DNA from: an uncultured Parcubacteria group bacterium
GTDB lineage: Bacteria > Patescibacteriota > Patescibacteriia > UBA9934 > CAMTUG01
Direction of reading: 5' to 3'
Length of the DNA stretch: 64,000 bases
Assembly (NCBI GenBank): GCA_947084965.1
Contig: CAMTUG010000004.1
Span: 87,490 to 151,489 of the forward strand
Every line of letters begins with the position of its first letter. Position 1 is the first letter of the stretch. Below are positions 1 through 10,876 of the stretch, one piece after another. The notes beneath the pieces are model-generated. The model was not told where the DNA came from. It searched no databases and was given only the letters and a program-made list of their open reading frames with translations. The translations under genes and the position numbers were made by a program.

Positions 1-2737
1 CCGTCGTGCCTTCGGCACTGCCGACGATAATCATCGAGTTTGGTGAGTCAGACGCGAGGGTAGCGGTAAGCGTACCAGCATCCGTGACCGTGACGATAAC
101 ATCTGGCTGGTCGCCGTCGTCATCGTTGTTTTCGGCCACAGCAGAGTCGGTGACGGTGTCGCCTTCTTCATCTTCCGCGGTGTGGTCGATGAGGGAGATG
201 GCGTAGTCGTCATCGTTACCTCCGTCGAGCGCGACGTTCGCGAGGTTACACTTGACGATCATCTTGTCGCCATCACCTGCCGCGATCGTCCAGTCGAAAC
301 CAGAGAAGATAAGTTCCCCAGTCGTTTCGAGAGATTCCGGTCCATCGATCAACGCTCCAGCAAGGTCGTAGATGGAGCAAGAGTTGATGAAGTCCTGAAC
401 TTCGAAGTCCGGAGCTGCATCACCAGCCAAGAAGACGTTACCGCCTGAGGTGTCTTCAACAAGGACGTCGAAGGTCACATCGGTGACGGTAATGTCGGAA
501 GCGTTGCCAGCTTCAAAGCTGAAGCCAACAAACTCCACGTTCTGGGAAGCGGTCACGACGGTCTTGCTCGTTGGGGTGCCCGCGAGGGTCACTTCAAGAG
601 AAGAATCATCGAGTTCGAGATCCCAACCGGCCAAATCGGCGGTAGGAACGATGTCATCACCAGCGACTAAGTCGTTGTTGTCGGCATCCTCGGCTTCGAT
701 CGTGCTCATATCGAGGGTGGCTTGGATCGTTTCGCCTGGAGCGGCGTCACCCGTGTCTTCGATATCAACGACGAGGGAGAAGTCAATGCTGTCACCAGCT
801 TCAAAGATAATTTCATCTGAGAAGGTGAGACTATTGGCCGTGTCGGTTGCTCCGCCGTCCACACAGGTTGCGAATTCTTCTGGACCAGCAACGGTCCTTC
901 CGTCTTCATCAACCACGGTGAAGCTGGTGAAGTTCGAGTCGTCGTTGCCATCACACAAGTTCGTACCATCAATGTCGAATTCGAATTCGTTCACCTGTGT
1001 CCAGTTCTGGGAGGTGATAGTGAAGTCGAAGATCGACTGGTTGTCGCCACCGATCGAAAGATCGGTCGTGGCTGAAGGACCATTGAAGGCAACGGTCAAT
1101 TTGCCACCGATGATCTCAGCGTACGAACATTCGTCAGCGGACGAAGCACAGGCATCACCGGTGTCAGCCATGTTGTTGATCACGCGCATACCGAAGCCGA
1201 AGTCACCACCGATCGCCATGAGGTCAGACGTTTCCTCAAGAGCGGTCAAGATAACATCGTTCGGTTCACCACCGATGTCGGCCGTGACCGTGAAGGTCTT
1301 GGTGTCGCCGTCTTCGACGGTGTAGGTGTCGTCAAGTTCGAAGAGCACCAAGTCGGAACCGATGTCCTCACCAGTAGCGAGCAAGGTCGAACCCTGCCAG
1401 AGCTGGTAGTTGGAGTGGTCACCAGAATCGTCGATGTTCAAGGTGACGGCTTCGATCATGGCATCTTCGTCATCAGCTTCGATGGTGAACTTGGCAATTT
1501 CTGCCTCTTCTTCACCGATCGTCACGTCAGAAATCGATCCCGTTTCGTCGATCGTGACCGTACCGACAGCCGCTGAGTCGGTGACGGTGTGCATTTCGCT
1601 TTCGATCGGGAAGTCACCAGCAACGGATTCAGCCGTTGAAGTGATGTTGTCTTCATCGAGGGAGAAGCCAAATGTGTGCGATCCGTCAAAAGCGTTATCG
1701 TCGTCGATATCGACCACCACCCAAAGGGTGGCCGTCTCTCCGTCAGCAACGTCTACGCCAAGGGCGGAGAACGTTACCTGGCGGGTCGAGCTGTTGACGC
1801 TCTTGCCGTTCGTCAAACGTGCTCCATCTTGGTAGATGTAGACGTTTTCAAGGACATCTTCATCGGCAACACCTTCAAAATCAAGGATGAGGCCGTTGAC
1901 CGTAACGTCTGAGCTGTCCCCTTCAAAGTCGATCGCCATCACCTGCACGTTGGTGGCAAATTCTGGGATCGTCTGTGAATCTGGGGTGTCGCTCGAGAGG
2001 GAGACCATGAGATCACCTTCAGCGACCGCTTCGGAAGTTTCCTGCTGCGAAGTGTCAGAGAGCGCTGGCACGTAGCCAGTGATGTCGCTGCCATCTTCGT
2101 AGTCATCAAGATCAACCGAGGAATCGGTGATGAGGAATTTGCTCTGGAGGCGGTTGGCGGTCATGCCAGCGTCCGTCACCATGCGCTTCTCTCCGTCCCA
2201 GATGATGTAGTACGAACCTTCGACGAGCATCCCGTCGACAAATTCGGCCGTGGTCATCGAGAGACCTTCTTCGTAATCGGTGAAGAAGACGTCCGGGACG
2301 TCGATCACCCAGTCGGACCAGTCAGAACCGTAGAGGTCTTCAGCAACCTCTTCGGTTTCCACCCAACGGATTTCTCCGCCGCGTGTGACCACGTAGGTCT
2401 TCGGATCGGTGTCAATTTTCACCATCCAAGTACCTGGGCGGACAACGATGTTACCGGCGAGCGGAATGCTGGCCAAGGTGACATCGCTGATCGTCTCCAC
2501 ATCGCTAAAATCTTCGTACCATGTGAAGTAGGTCTTTTCGTTCGGGAATGTCCAGCGTTCGCCGTCCATGTAGTAGTAGACGGTTGAGAGGGAACCTTTG
2601 ACAAGGTCACCATCTTCCAACGACTGGGCGTTGGCGGTAAGCGGCGACACGAACGAAGCGATACCGACCGACCAAAGAATGGTGGCGGCAGCGACAGCGA
2701 CCGTGAACGCGCGCTTGAGGGTAAACGCGTTTTGCAT
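1..2737 (-). CDS. Large acidic secreted cell-surface (S-layer-like) protein, CPR type; 3' end lies outside the window
   Basis: Missing from the ORF track because it is truncated. ATG at 2737 reads MQNAFTLKRAFTVAVAAATILWSVGIASFVSPLTANAQ (signal peptide), then DLVKGSLSTVYYYMDGERWTFPNEKTYFTWY, an N-terminal module I recognise from Parcubacteria surface proteins, followed by D/E/T-rich beta domains. Confidence 0.8.
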   Translation of the reverse strand, partial: MQNAFTLKRAFTVAVAAATILWSVGIASFVSPLTANAQSLEDGDLVKGSLSTVYYYMDGERWTFPNEKTYFTWYEDFSDVETISDVTLASIPLAGNIVVRPGTWMVKIDTDPKTYVVTRGGEIRWVETEEVAEDLYGSDWSDWVIDVPDVFFTDYEEGLSMTTAEFVDGMLVEGSYYIIWDGEKRMVTDAGMTANRLQSKFLITDSSVDLDDYEDGSDITGYVPALSDTSQQETSEAVAEGDLMVSLSSDTPDSQTIPEFATNVQVMAIDFEGDSSDVTVNGLILDFEGVADEDVLENVYIYQDGARLTNGKSVNSSTRQVTFSALGVDVADGETATLWVVVDIDDDNAFDGSHTFGFSLDEDNITSTAESVAGDFPIESEMHTVTDSAAVGTVTIDETGSISDVTIGEEEAEIAKFTIEADDEDAMIEAVTLNIDDSGDHSNYQLWQGSTLLATGEDIGSDLVLFELDDTYTVEDGDTKTFTVTADIGGEPNDVILTALEETSDLMAIGGDFGFGMRVINNMADTGDACASSADECSYAEIIGGKLTVAFNGPSATTDLSIGGDNQSIFDFTITSQNWTQVNEFEFDIDGTNLCDGNDDSNFTSFTVVDEDGRTVAGPEEFATCVDGGATDTANSLTFSDEIIFEAGDSIDFSLVVDIEDTGDAAPGETIQATLDMSTIEAEDADNNDLVAGDDIVPTADLAGWDLELDDSSLEVTLAGTPTSKTVVTASQNVEFVGFSFEAGNASDITVTDVTFDVLVEDTSGGNVFLAGDAAPDFEVQDFINSCSIYDLAGALIDGPESLETTGELIFSGFDWTIAAGDGDKMIVKCNLANVALDGGNDDDYAISLIDHTAEDEEGDTVTDSAVAENNDDDGDQPDVIVTVTDAGTLTATLASDSPNSMIIVGSAEGTT

Positions 2738-2887
2738 AAGTGTAGGATCCTTTTCTATTTTAAGTATAGAGCAGAATAGCGGCCTAGCGGCCTCGACCTT
2801 TTGGCTACCCCACAGAATAAACGAAGTTGTGTCAGTTGCCCGACACGCGCGAGATGATCAGGTGATCAGCTCGAGCGCAACGACCAG

Positions 2888-3943
2888 CTACTCGAGCGGA
2901 GGCAAATCAACGCTCCCATCTTTTTGTGCGATGATCATCAGTTCAAGAGCGACCACATCTGTTTCTGTCTGGTCAATAACAAATTCCACAGCGTCGAGCA
3001 CAGCAAAGGCCTTGCGGAATCCACCGGAAGCCATGGCGTTCATCGCTTCATTGAACTGACCGTCAAAGGACTGCAGGACGTTCTCAAGCGACGTAAGATC
3101 AACCCCACGCGGAACGACGAATCCTTCGTTTGCTTTTGTTTCAATAACCGTAATGCGACCGAGGGTCAACTTGATGCGCTGGTCGATCGTCTCCAATCGA
3201 TTTTGAAACGTTGCCTGTAAGTCATCTTTGGCCATGTGCGCCGGGTCGTTTTCAACGGTCGTGACCAGAACTTCAACCGCTGCTTCAGCAACTTCGGTGA
3301 CGTCGCCCTGCGCTTCTTCGGTTGAAATACCGATTTCATCCGCCGCCCCGGCAAACGCCGCCGCCGTTTCATTAAGTGCCGTTGCGACTGCTGTGGCGTC
3401 CGCTCCGGCCGTAACGATCGTTTCCATCACCACTTTTGCTTCGCTCACCTCACTTTTAAACGCTTCAACGACCGTTTTCATCTGTTCTGCTTTTCCGGCA
3501 CGATCGCTGTTTGAAATCGCCTTGGCTTCATCTAAGCGTTTCGCGGCAAACTGCACATGTAGTTCGGCTTTCTTTTCATCACTTGCGGTAAACGTAAGCT
3601 TCGCCTGTTCATTGGCGATCTTCACCGGGTAAAGCATGTCCCCCGGAAGGGAGTTCGACGCAGCGCTCACGGAAGTCATCCAACCACCAACGACCATGAT
3701 AAATGCCCCAAAGCCGACCATCGCTGGTTTAAGAACGACATTACTCACGTTGTCCCAAACGTATTCGAAATATTCGCCAAACGCGTATTTGCGCTGATCG
3801 ATCTGATCGGATCCAAAAATCTGCATGTGCACCTGAGAGCGCACGCGCTGGAAACTCTCGTCGCTCATAGCGCCGAGGCGAGCATCATTCCGATGCTTCT
3901 TCAGAAATTTGATGAGATCCTGTTCTGTTTGCATAGTAGTCAT
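2888..3943 (-). CDS. DUF5667-like membrane protein, probable anti-sigma factor
   Basis: Single TM followed by SLPGDMLYPVKIANEQAKL motif; overlaps the 3' end of the ECF sigma gene. Confidence 0.7.
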   Translation of the reverse strand: MTTMQTEQDLIKFLKKHRNDARLGAMSDESFQRVRSQVHMQIFGSDQIDQRKYAFGEYFEYVWDNVSNVVLKPAMVGFGAFIMVVGGWMTSVSAASNSLPGDMLYPVKIANEQAKLTFTASDEKKAELHVQFAAKRLDEAKAISNSDRAGKAEQMKTVVEAFKSEVSEAKVVMETIVTAGADATAVATALNETAAAFAGAADEIGISTEEAQGDVTEVAEAAVEVLVTTVENDPAHMAKDDLQATFQNRLETIDQRIKLTLGRITVIETKANEGFVVPRGVDLTSLENVLQSFDGQFNEAMNAMASGGFRKAFAVLDAVEFVIDQTETDVVALELMIIAQKDGSVDLPPLE

Positions 3944-4496
3944 CCATGATCCGACGAATCGCTTTCAGTGACCGGTGGACCAGGACACGCACCGCATTTT
4001 CCGATCGTTCAAGGACATCTGCGATTTCACGAATCGTCATTTCTTGTAAGTACCGCATGATCAGCACTTCCTGGTATTCTTCCTTCAAGTGCTTGAGGTG
4101 CTTCTCTACAGCTTCAAAACTGAGAACGGCACTCACCTCTTCTTCAACGGATCCTTTCGAGACAACGTCGTCGGCATCCTCGAGTTCTGCCTCATTTCGT
4201 GTCGCGCGTTTTCGATAGTAGTTCGCGCAGACATTTCGGGCGATCTTGTAGAGGAGACCCTGGACCCGATCGACATGTGCTGTCTGAGCGTAATTCCAGA
4301 AGCTGATAAAAACTTCTGCAGTCAGATCCTCGGCCTCGGTAATGGTAGGAGTCTTATAGCGAAGGAACCGTTGCACCATTGGTGCGTTTTCCTTGTAAAG
4401 TTCATCAAACGCTTTCTGGTCTTTAAAGCGACGAATCCGGAACAAGAGAAATTTTTCGTGCTCCTTCTGCATATGCACAGTCGCAACCAGCGGCAA
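3885..4496 (-). CDS. ECF-type RNA polymerase sigma factor
   Basis: AEDLTAEVFI, LYKIARN (region 2); EMTIREIADVLERSENAVRVLVHRSLKAIR (region 4). The start may be the ATG ~24 nt downstream. Confidence 0.9.
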   Translation of the reverse strand: MPLVATVHMQKEHEKFLLFRIRRFKDQKAFDELYKENAPMVQRFLRYKTPTITEAEDLTAEVFISFWNYAQTAHVDRVQGLLYKIARNVCANYYRKRATRNEAELEDADDVVSKGSVEEEVSAVLSFEAVEKHLKHLKEEYQEVLIMRYLQEMTIREIADVLERSENAVRVLVHRSLKAIRRIMDDYYANRTGSHQISEEASE

Positions 4497-4717
4497 GTTA
4501 TTACAGTCCTACTAAATGCGTGCATTATAGCAGACGGATTACGCTACAATTTCATTACTTTTAGCCCACAATGACCTTCCTGTGGATGAATGTCTTACCA
4601 CTAAACCGCCAGTTTTTCAATGGTATTGAGCACATATTTGACAGTTTTCGTTTACTTGTCTACACTGGTGTTGACAACAATTCCTGTTACCGGCTTCAGG
4701 AGCCGGTACTAAATAGT

Positions 4718-5011
4718 ATGGCAACACAACCTCTTGTTAGACTTTCTATCTCTGAGGCCGCAAAGCTCTTTGGAGTGAGCACGCGCACCGTTCGGCGTGC
4801 CATCGCCGAAGAAGCGGTCACCTATATCGTCGTCCAAGGGCGTTATAAGGTAAACTTTGAGTCGCTCCTGCGCTGGTCGCAAGACACAACGACCATCCGC
4901 AACAAACGCGACAAAAAAGGGATCGGACAGTTTGTCGACCAGTGGAAGATCAAGAACAAACTGTACTCCCCGAATCCTAAGATCGTGGAAAGTTATGAGG
5001 AAAAAGGTTAG
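4718..5011 (+). CDS. Excisionase-like helix-turn-helix DNA-binding protein
   Basis: LSISEAAKLFGVSTRTVRRAI; ATG at 4718 is in the 4571..5011 frame. Confidence 0.75.
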   Translation: MATQPLVRLSISEAAKLFGVSTRTVRRAIAEEAVTYIVVQGRYKVNFESLLRWSQDTTTIRNKRDKKGIGQFVDQWKIKNKLYSPNPKIVESYEEKG

Positions 5012-7031
5012 AGGAAAAAGGTTAGAGGTTGGAGGAAAGGGGTTCTTTGGGGCCCTGCTTATTGTTTCTCTTCTTTCCTCTTTCCTCTTTCCTCTAACTA
5101 CCTATTCCGCGAGCTCAGATTACGTTCGCACCGCCAACTACTTTTTGCTTTCCGGCACAACGCTCGACGATAAGGCGACGCGCGAAACGCTGATGAAATT
5201 CGATCTACTCATCCTGCCGATCCTCGCTCAGGAATACAACTTGGACTTCATCGCCGAAGCGCGCAAAAAAAATCCGGACATTATCTTGCTCGCCTACGTT
5301 CCGACGGTGAGCTGGAACTCTGTGTGGACGGCAAAAATTTACACCGACTTCAAAAAAGGGATTAAGTCGAGTTGGTGGCTGAAAGATTCAGACGGCGATC
5401 AAGTTTCAATCTGGCCAGGCACCCAAGCGCTCAACCTCACAACCGAGTGGGCCGACTACTTGGCGGACTGGACCAACGATGAAATTCTATCGACCGGACT
5501 TTGGGACGGAGTTTTTTACGACGAGGTGAGCGCTGAGATCGCCTGGGTCGGTGATGTGGACGTTAATCGCGACGGCGACGCCGATGATGCCGCATCAGCC
5601 AACGAGGCCTGGACCAAAGGTCTGATTCATCTGTTCGACAAAACACGCGATGCGGCTGGCCGCGATACGATCATCGTCATGAACGGTTCGAGCAACACGC
5701 GCCTGATGCCGTACGTCAACGGTCGCATGTTCGAATCCTTCCCTACCCCATGGGAATCGGGTGGTGTCTGGAACGAAATAGAATCACGCTATATCGCCCA
5801 ACAGAATCAGGTTGGCTACGATCCTATTTTTATTATCAACGGTAACTCCGACAACACCGGGAACAAAACGAATTACAGAAAAGTACGCTTTGGGTTAACT
5901 TCGACCTTAATGAGCGACGGGTACTTTGGTTACGACCACGGCGATCAGTCGCATGGGCAGACGTGGTACTACGACGAATACGATATCTACTTAGGTGAAC
6001 CGACCGAGGATGGGCACACGTTGTCCAGCGGCGTTTGGGAACGCGACTTTACGGAAGGCAAAGCACTCGTTAATCCAACAAGCACAGAACAGAAGATCAA
6101 GCTCGACGGCGACTACGAAAAAGTCCACGGTACGCAGGATCCGACGACAAACGACGGGCGGATTGTCAGCTCGGTCACTATCCCTTCGCAAGATGGGATC
6201 GTGTTGCTACGTACGATCGAAGAGATCACCGAGGCGGTATTTAAGAACGGTTCGTTCGTTCGCATCTTTGATAAATCAGGCAATACCAGCCGCAACGGAT
6301 TTTTTGCCTATGACAGCGCAGCCAAAGGGGGCGACCAGGTCATTCATGCGGACTTAAACGGCGACGGCAAACTGGAGATGATCAGCGCCGGCGAATCGCG
6401 CGTTGATATTTATAACGCGACTGGCGGATTGCACGCCTCATTCTACCCGTACACGGACAAATACAAACTCGGGGTCAACATTTCTGTCGGTGACTTGGAA
6501 GGCGACGGCACGGTCGAAATTGTCACAGGCACCGAAAATGGCGGCGGACCACAAGTGCGCATCTTTAATAAGGACGGGGTGCTCATCCACCCAGGATTTT
6601 TTGCCTACGACACCGCCTTCCGTGGTGGAGTCAACGTGACGATCGGCGACTTAAACGGCGATGACGTCGTGGAGATCATCGCTGGAGCTGGCGTTGGCGG
6701 CGGGCCACACGTACGTGTCTTTAATAAAGATGGCAAAGTGATCAATCCAGGATTCTTCGCCTATGATCCTTCGTTTCGTGGTGGGGTGAACGTGGCCGCA
6801 GCGGATTTAGACGGGGACGGGATCGACGAAATTATTACCGGTCCAGGCAAGGGCGGCGGGCCGCAAGTAAAGGTGTTTGATCGCAACGGAGCGCTCCTCA
6901 ATTCTGGCTTCTTCGCGTATGATGAAGGAAGTCGCGACGGCGTCGAAGTTTCCGCTGCGGACTTGGATGGCGACGGCAAAGACGAAATCATCGCCATCGG
7001 AACCGACGTCTTTACCTTGTCCCTCTTCTAA
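4995..7031 (+). CDS. Secreted putative glycoside hydrolase (TIM-barrel) with C-terminal FG-GAP/VCBS repeats
   Basis: Signal peptide; WDGVFYDE and GRMFESFP motifs; repeats such as GVNVAAADLDGDGIDEIITG..GGGPQVKVF. Confidence 0.75.
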   Translation: MRKKVRGKRLEVGGKGFFGALLIVSLLSSFLFPLTTYSASSDYVRTANYFLLSGTTLDDKATRETLMKFDLLILPILAQEYNLDFIAEARKKNPDIILLAYVPTVSWNSVWTAKIYTDFKKGIKSSWWLKDSDGDQVSIWPGTQALNLTTEWADYLADWTNDEILSTGLWDGVFYDEVSAEIAWVGDVDVNRDGDADDAASANEAWTKGLIHLFDKTRDAAGRDTIIVMNGSSNTRLMPYVNGRMFESFPTPWESGGVWNEIESRYIAQQNQVGYDPIFIINGNSDNTGNKTNYRKVRFGLTSTLMSDGYFGYDHGDQSHGQTWYYDEYDIYLGEPTEDGHTLSSGVWERDFTEGKALVNPTSTEQKIKLDGDYEKVHGTQDPTTNDGRIVSSVTIPSQDGIVLLRTIEEITEAVFKNGSFVRIFDKSGNTSRNGFFAYDSAAKGGDQVIHADLNGDGKLEMISAGESRVDIYNATGGLHASFYPYTDKYKLGVNISVGDLEGDGTVEIVTGTENGGGPQVRIFNKDGVLIHPGFFAYDTAFRGGVNVTIGDLNGDDVVEIIAGAGVGGGPHVRVFNKDGKVINPGFFAYDPSFRGGVNVAAADLDGDGIDEIITGPGKGGGPQVKVFDRNGALLNSGFFAYDEGSRDGVEVSAADLDGDGKDEIIAIGTDVFTLSLF

Positions 7032-7034
7032 CGT

Positions 7035-8771
7035 ATGGATCAACGCAAAGGAACCATTCTACACACCGCCCTGCACCTAGCCGCCGCACCAGGTCGGTTG
7101 GTTCGTCATCCGCTGACCCATCTTTTTCATCGCTACTACAAAGAAAAAAGTTTCGCTCGCACCCTCTTCGTGATCGACATCATCCTCGTCGCCACGATCA
7201 TTGTCTTAACGAGTGTCTTCACGTACCTGCTCTTCAGATCTGCTTCGATCACCGATCAAGTAGTGATCGATGCGACCGTTGCTCCAACAGAAATCGTGAG
7301 CGGGAGCGCCTCGACCTTGATCTTCCGTTACGAAAATCAGTCTGATGAGGAGTTACGTAATGCCCGGCTCGCGCTGACCTTCCCTGCACACTTTGAACGC
7401 CTCGAGGAAGCAAGTGGTGCAGACGAACACTCGGCTCAAGTATTTGATCTTGGTACGATCGCCCCGGACGCGCACGGCCAGATCAAAATCCGTGGGGTGA
7501 TGTTCGGCGATGTGGGTGGTGATCAACTCTTTGCAAGCAGCCTCTCCTTTACCTACGGCGAGCGCAATGCGCTGGCAACAAAAAAGAGCGAGCACTCCTT
7601 CCGTCCGGAACGCTCCACCCTTGCTTTGGAGCTCCGTCTCCCGGAACGACTCGTCGCTGGTCAGGAAGTGAGCGGTCAGATCGTTTATAAAAATACGGGC
7701 GAGATCAATTTCCCAGAGATCAGCATTGAACCGGTCTGGCCAGCAGATTTCACCTTGATTTCGAGCGACCCCTCACTTGCCAACGGCAACTTCCGTCTAC
7801 GCGCACTGGCCGCTGGCGAAGAAGGGGTGATGGAATTTCGCGGTCGTTTGCCAGGAATGGAATCGATTGATTTCTCTTTTCACCCAAGCTTCACCTTTGG
7901 GGAGGATCGCTACAAACAGGAAACCCTCAGCCAAACGGTGACCTTGCTCCCCTCCCAGCTGACCGCCCGAGCGGAGCCAACAAGCGCTGTTCTCACCCCG
8001 GGGGGCATGATCGAAGTCAACATTCTGTATGAACACACCGGAGAATTTGCTATCGAAAACGCAACGGTGACGATTTCCTCTGACCCAAGTGTCTTCACAA
8101 AAGATGTCGTGACAACGATCGGTTCGCTCGCCCCGGGCGCTACAGGTGAAATCACCGTGTCTGTACCGATCATCGCCCGTCCGATCATCAACACGACGTC
8201 GATCAAAACGACGACATCCTACATCCTCGAGGGCACCACGGACACGATCAGCGTGGTGACCGACCGCGACAGCATAAAAATTACCACCCCGGTGGTACTC
8301 GAGGCATTCGCTCGCTACAGCTCGCCCCAAGGCGATCAACTTGGTCGTGGCCCGTTACCACCGATCGTTGGCGAAGAGACAAAATACTGGATCTTCCTCA
8401 CCGTGCGTTCAACAACCAACGCCATCAATAACGTTCACCTCGACGCCGATTTGGGCCCAGGTGTTTCTTTCACAGGCAAGCAGAGCGTTTCGGTCGGCGA
8501 ACAGTTGACGTACTTGGCCGAATCCAACTCGATTGAATGGAAGATCCCGTCGATCGATCCAACCGTGCGCGACGGGGTGGTCAGTGTGGCGTTTGAAGTC
8601 GCGATCGTCCCGACAGAAGCGATGCTCGGCAAAACACCGACGCTCGTGAGCGGCCCGTTCGTTCGCGGACAAGATGCCTTCACCGGCGCCCAGGTGATTG
8701 GCCGTGGTGTAACGATCACCACCAATTTGCCGTACGACGCCATGGCTGCAGGACTTGGAATCGTTGAATAA
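7035..8771 (+). CDS. Membrane-anchored protein with multiple Ig-like (DUF11/CARDB-like) domains
   Basis: N-terminal TM; beta-rich repeats; C-terminal GRGPLPPIVGEETKYWI motif. Confidence 0.6.
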   Translation: MDQRKGTILHTALHLAAAPGRLVRHPLTHLFHRYYKEKSFARTLFVIDIILVATIIVLTSVFTYLLFRSASITDQVVIDATVAPTEIVSGSASTLIFRYENQSDEELRNARLALTFPAHFERLEEASGADEHSAQVFDLGTIAPDAHGQIKIRGVMFGDVGGDQLFASSLSFTYGERNALATKKSEHSFRPERSTLALELRLPERLVAGQEVSGQIVYKNTGEINFPEISIEPVWPADFTLISSDPSLANGNFRLRALAAGEEGVMEFRGRLPGMESIDFSFHPSFTFGEDRYKQETLSQTVTLLPSQLTARAEPTSAVLTPGGMIEVNILYEHTGEFAIENATVTISSDPSVFTKDVVTTIGSLAPGATGEITVSVPIIARPIINTTSIKTTTSYILEGTTDTISVVTDRDSIKITTPVVLEAFARYSSPQGDQLGRGPLPPIVGEETKYWIFLTVRSTTNAINNVHLDADLGPGVSFTGKQSVSVGEQLTYLAESNSIEWKIPSIDPTVRDGVVSVAFEVAIVPTEAMLGKTPTLVSGPFVRGQDAFTGAQVIGRGVTITTNLPYDAMAAGLGIVE

Positions 8772-8772
8772 C

Positions 8773-8875
8773 AAAAATCCTCTTTGCACCGCGGAGTCAG
8801 GATCACGTCACGACATGAATGGCCAGGAATCTATGTCGTGGCGGGATTCTGCGGAGCGATGCAAAGAGGGTTTTT
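8773..8875. terminator. Long imperfect hairpin between convergent genes
   Basis: aaaatcctctttgcaccgc ... gcgatgcaaagagggtttt, with inner gtcacgacat/atgtcgtggc. Confidence 0.6.
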
Positions 8876-10085
8876 ATTTCATCACCTCTTCGTACACCTT
8901 CATTAATTCTGCGTAGTGCCGCTCGGCGCCGTAGCGCTGTTCGGCCCGGGTGCGACCAGCGCGACCGAATTTTGTAGCCAGAACGGGATCTTGGGCAAGG
9001 CGGCTGATCGCCTCCCGCAGCGCCTGGACGTCCGCAGGCGGAACCAGGAATCCCGTTACACGATCAACGATAACTTCTGGCAATGCCCCAGTGTGCGAAG
9101 CGATCACCGGTTTGCCCATCGCCATCGCTTCGATCGCCACCATCCCGAACACCTCTGGCCACAAGGACGGTACAACGACCGCCCGCGCTCCGCGGACCAA
9201 TTTCCAGAGCGATTCCCCACCTTGATACCCTTCGAATCGCACGTTGGGCATCCGGTCACCCGCAATGTGCAGATAGGCCTCCTCCGGCCCCGTCCCCACA
9301 ATCTTGCACGGCACCCCCGGCATGGTGTGCATCGCTTTCATTAACACCTCAACCCCTTTTTCTTCAACGAGCCGACCGTAATACAAAATATAACCGTCAT
9401 CGTCGAATCGCGGCGTGTGCGTTAAGGCGTCGGTGTAATGGGGAATCATCGTGCACTGCTTACGATCAAGTCCATGATCCACATGCTCGTTCAGAACATA
9501 TTGCGAGGAGAAAATAAATCGATCCACGGTACTGGTGTAGCTCCGTCGCAGACGATGTAGTTTGAACGTCAGTGCTTGAACGAACGAGGCCAACATCGAG
9601 TCCTTGTGAAACTTGGAAAGCGTCAGGGAAAGTAACGACTTATGCGAGAGATCCTCCACGCGCCCGTTGGCCCACATCATGTAATTTGGGGTGATTAAAT
9701 GATAGTCGTGAACCGTCATAACGATAGGAATCTTTTCTGATTTAAGAACATCGAGAATCGACGGCGAAATTTGCGTGTAAATGTTGTGGACATGGGCGAC
9801 GTCCGGGCGCTTATGACGAATCAACTCCCGCAGTTGACGTGCCGCTTCAAACGAGTACATCGCCCGTCCGAGAACGTTCAGGCCAGAGATTCCGCCGTGC
9901 ACTCGCTCGGTCTCAACCTTCCTTACAAAATATTTTGAAAACGCGGTCGGATGATTTCGATCATCTTGCATGGCAAACGGAATCACTTCATGCCCGTGCG
10001 CACGCAGTAAATCAGAGAGATCGAGCACGTAGCGCTCCGCTCCCCCTTTTGGCCAGTAATATTTATTGATTTGAAGAATCCGCAT
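8874..10085 (-). CDS. Glycosyltransferase family 4 (GT-B)
   Basis: GGAERY; YYGRLVEEKGV; PSLWPEVFGMVAIEAMAMGKPVIAS. Confidence 0.93.
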   Translation of the reverse strand: MRILQINKYYWPKGGAERYVLDLSDLLRAHGHEVIPFAMQDDRNHPTAFSKYFVRKVETERVHGGISGLNVLGRAMYSFEAARQLRELIRHKRPDVAHVHNIYTQISPSILDVLKSEKIPIVMTVHDYHLITPNYMMWANGRVEDLSHKSLLSLTLSKFHKDSMLASFVQALTFKLHRLRRSYTSTVDRFIFSSQYVLNEHVDHGLDRKQCTMIPHYTDALTHTPRFDDDGYILYYGRLVEEKGVEVLMKAMHTMPGVPCKIVGTGPEEAYLHIAGDRMPNVRFEGYQGGESLWKLVRGARAVVVPSLWPEVFGMVAIEAMAMGKPVIASHTGALPEVIVDRVTGFLVPPADVQALREAISRLAQDPVLATKFGRAGRTRAEQRYGAERHYAELMKVYEEVMK

Positions 10086-10752
10086 AGGCGATGAGTACAG
10101 AGGTCAGACCGAACAAACGTTGTCGTAGAATCTTCACCCGCGTAGGGCGCGGGAATAACTTTTTAAATGCCGAGGAGGTAAGCAACGTCAGCGCATTATG
10201 CTTCCCTTCGTTCTTACGACCGAGCGAGCGATAGATCCTGTTGCGCATGAACGTCGGTAACCAATGTACAAACGGGATCATGGTGTGCGATTCAATCGGG
10301 AATGACCGCGCTGGAGTGGTGAGAAAAACTTTTTTTCCAACACGCAAACATTCAGAGACAAACTTTTCCTGATCACGTCGTCCGCCAACATGCTCGATCA
10401 CGGCGTTTGAAAAAACAACGTCGAACTCCCCATCTTTGAACGGCAGTTTGCGTGCATCGGCTTGAACCGCTTTGACCTTAGGATAGCGCTCGCTAAACTT
10501 CTTCATATCCTCGATCCCAACAGCGGTAATCATCTCCGGGTACGGATACCATTCTTCCAAAAAGTTCTCCGCTCGCTCCCCGCTCGCCACCCCGGAAGCG
10601 CCAATATCTAAAATCGTGGTCATTGCGGTTGGTTGAACGACGTGCATAAATCGGGCGAACTTTTTTTTACGCGAGCGAATCGTCAGCCCGCGTGTTCCTC
10701 GCCAGACAAGTCCGTCCGGCCAATCCCAAAACGTTTTCATGATCCAACTCAT
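10063..10752 (-). CDS. Class I SAM-dependent methyltransferase
   Basis: ILDIGA; ADARKLPFKDGEFDVVFSNAVIEHV. Confidence 0.88.
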   Translation of the reverse strand: MSWIMKTFWDWPDGLVWRGTRGLTIRSRKKKFARFMHVVQPTAMTTILDIGASGVASGERAENFLEEWYPYPEMITAVGIEDMKKFSERYPKVKAVQADARKLPFKDGEFDVVFSNAVIEHVGGRRDQEKFVSECLRVGKKVFLTTPARSFPIESHTMIPFVHWLPTFMRNRIYRSLGRKNEGKHNALTLLTSSAFKKLFPRPTRVKILRQRLFGLTSVLIAYADSSNQ

Positions 10753-10873
10753 AAATTCGAAATTCGAAATTCGAAGCTCGAAACAAATTCGAATCGAAAA
10801 TCGAAAATTCTTGAAACTTCTTTTTTTCTCTTTCCGATTGCTTCGTATTTCGATTTTTGTATTTCGTATTTCA
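10752..10873. repeat. Intergenic inverted array of AAATTCG-type 7-mers
   Basis: aaattcgaaattcgaaattcgaagc ... cttcgtatttcgatttttgtatttcgtatttc; a sister copy lies at 30738-30859. Confidence 0.75.
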
Positions 10874-10876
10874 TAC

